A model generated the notes under the pieces. It ran no database searches and had not been told where the DNA came from. It saw nothing but the letters and a program-made list of their open reading frames with translations. The position numbers and the translations under genes are program-made. DNA of 38,458 nucleotides from the sequence record ON470580; one strand, written 5' to 3'. This document shows, piece by piece, positions 36,748 to 38,458 of the stretch (position 1 is the first letter of the stretch; each line of letters starts with the position of its first letter). Source of the DNA: Escherichia phage vB_EcoM-606R7.

Positions 36748-38458
36748 GCACCCACTCTCCAGACGCGGAAACCCCGTCGTCGCGCCACACGCGCGCGGCC
36801 ATTTGCGCCTGCCACAGCGCCTGATAACGCCCATGATGTGAGAGCAATTGCGCATGAGTACCCTGCTCAACCACCTGTCCCTCTTCCATCACCAGAATGT
36901 TTCCGGCCCCGGCGATGGTGGATAAACGGTGAGCGATGATAATCACCGTCCGGTTGTAAACCAGGTTATCGATCGCTTTTTGCACCGCCAGCTCGCTTTC
37001 AATATCCAGCGCGGCAGTCGGTTCATCGAGAATGACGACTGGCGCGTTTTTCAATAACGCTCTGGCAATGGAAATCCGCTGGCGCTCGCCGCCCGATAGC
37101 TGGCCGCCCATCTCTCCCATTGGCGTCAGCCAGCCTTGCGGAAGACGGGAAATAAACTCAAGGCACTGCGCCGCGCGGGCGGCCTCTTCTACCTCCTGCC
37201 GCGTCGCCTGTGGGCGCGCGATACGGATATTCGCCAGCAGCGTGTCATCAAACAGCCAGACATCCTGGAAAACAACAGAAATCAGGCTATTGAGCTGTTC
37301 CGGCGTCAGGCGGCGAATATCGACGCCGCCAATAGAAATCTGCCCTTGCTGCGGATCGGCATAGCGCATTAACAGTTTGGTGACGGTAGTTTTGCCTGCG
37401 CCGGAGGCACCCACCAGCGCGCTCATACTGGCTGCCGGGAACGTCAAAGAAACATGATTAAGCGCGTGGCCGTCGCCTTCTTCGTAGCGATAGCTGACGT
37501 TGTCAAAGCGGATATCGTAACGTTCCGGCATCTCGCTTTGCTCTGCGACGGGAAGCGGTGCTATCGCCATAAACTGCTCAATCCGTTGCAGGGCGCTGGC
37601 GATCAGTTCCACAACCGAGGTGTAGCTGATAAACATCGCCATCGGTTCTGCGAAGCGCATAATCATCGCGACGGCGGCAATCAAAAAGGCGAGGTTCAGA
37701 GTGCCCGTCACTACCCAGACGATCCCGGATAACACCACCACCTGTAGGCCCAACTCCACGACGCTGGCGATCAGCATCGTCGCGCCAGCGCCCTGACGGT
37801 GAGTGCGGGTCTGTAAGTTTTCCAGCGCATTGAAATGCGCCAGCAGCGCCCGGCTTTTATCGGCATCGCTGCCGCAGGTGCGCAATACCATCATCCCCTG
37901 AGCAAATTCAACGATATCGCCGCTCAGACGCTGGTGCGCTTCCCCCAGCGTCTGCATTTGTCGCCGCATCGCCGGGCGGCGCCAGTAATAAAACGGCACC
38001 AGCAGAGGGAAGATCAGCAACATCACCAGCCCCAGCCGCCAGTCTATCCACAATGTCGCCAGCGACGCCGTCAGCGGCGTGACAATGGTGAGCAGCAAAA
38101 TATTGGCTATCGCAATAACATAATTGAGGTTTTCATCCACGCTGCCCAGCAGCAAGGCGTTCATTTCACCCGCCCTGCCGCGCTGGAGCTTCTCCAGCGG
38201 CACGCGGCGTAACTGCTCGCCAAGTCGCAGGCGCAACTCATGGGTGGCCTGCGCCAGATGACCACGGTATTCAAAGCCCAGGCCATACCAGCGTAGCACC
38301 AGCGTCACAATTGCGGCGACGCTGAAGGCCATAGCCCAGTTAAGAAGTTGCGGCGCGTCTCCCCGTAACAGCGCATCAATGATCGGATAAAGACAGGCAA
38401 AGGCGATCCCCTGCATGAATGCCGCCAGCAACAGCGCCAGCATACTGCGTCGCAGCAT
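36740..38458 (-). CDS. ybtQ: ABC transporter permease-ATPase fusion YbtQ (5' end beyond window edge)
   Basis: Transmembrane domain followed by Walker A GASGAGKTT, signature LSGGERQR and Walker B VILDEPT; ORF runs to the window edge. Confidence 0.8.
   Translation of the reverse strand: MLRRSMLALLLAAFMQGIAFACLYPIIDALLRGDAPQLLNWAMAFSVAAIVTLVLRWYGLGFEYRGHLAQATHELRLRLGEQLRRVPLEKLQRGRAGEMNALLLGSVDENLNYVIAIANILLLTIVTPLTASLATLWIDWRLGLVMLLIFPLLVPFYYWRRPAMRRQMQTLGEAHQRLSGDIVEFAQGMMVLRTCGSDADKSRALLAHFNALENLQTRTHRQGAGATMLIASVVELGLQVVVLSGIVWVVTGTLNLAFLIAAVAMIMRFAEPMAMFISYTSVVELIASALQRIEQFMAIAPLPVAEQSEMPERYDIRFDNVSYRYEEGDGHALNHVSLTFPAASMSALVGASGAGKTTVTKLLMRYADPQQGQISIGGVDIRRLTPEQLNSLISVVFQDVWLFDDTLLANIRIARPQATRQEVEEAARAAQCLEFISRLPQGWLTPMGEMGGQLSGGERQRISIARALLKNAPVVILDEPTAALDIESELAVQKAIDNLVYNRTVIIIAHRLSTIAGAGNILVMEEGQVVEQGTHAQLLSHHGRYQALWQAQMAARVWRDDGVSASGEWVHE

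Larger units (their letters stand above)
32848..38458. mobile_element. Yersiniabactin high-pathogenicity island, left end (partial)
   Basis: P4-like integrase remnant followed by ybtS, ybtX and ybtQ, directly downstream of tRNA-Asn; island boundary inferred at the tRNA 3' end. Confidence 0.8.

Overview
The window is almost entirely accessory DNA: about 31.7 kb of a lambdoid prophage (one end only), then serU, mtfA and asnT, then the left end of the yersiniabactin high-pathogenicity island (HPI). The prophage is read mostly on the minus strand and runs tail genes (lambda-like I, K, L, M, tape measure, G/G-T, V), HK97-type head and packaging genes, a phage-21-type lysis cassette, a four-tRNA array, Q, a nin-like region with RusA, a hok toxin and a lipoprotein moron, a replication gene with internal iterons, a YdaT/YdaS/CI-like immunity switch, a ydfABC-dicF-dicB-ydfD module, an exonuclease, and xis-int next to tRNA-Ser. 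The HPI part carries a decayed P4-like integrase followed by ybtS, ybtX and a truncated ybtQ. I did not find a clear undescribed multi-gene system; the best candidates for something new are the small membrane ORF between terminase and portal, the AT-rich lipoprotein moron, the hairpin-dense leader upstream of dicF and the inverted-repeat block between the tRNAs and the holin. All protein identifications rest on reading the supplied translations and recalled family sequences, not on database searches. Three N-runs (1054-1118, 22861-22920, 28828-28837) show this is a draft assembly.
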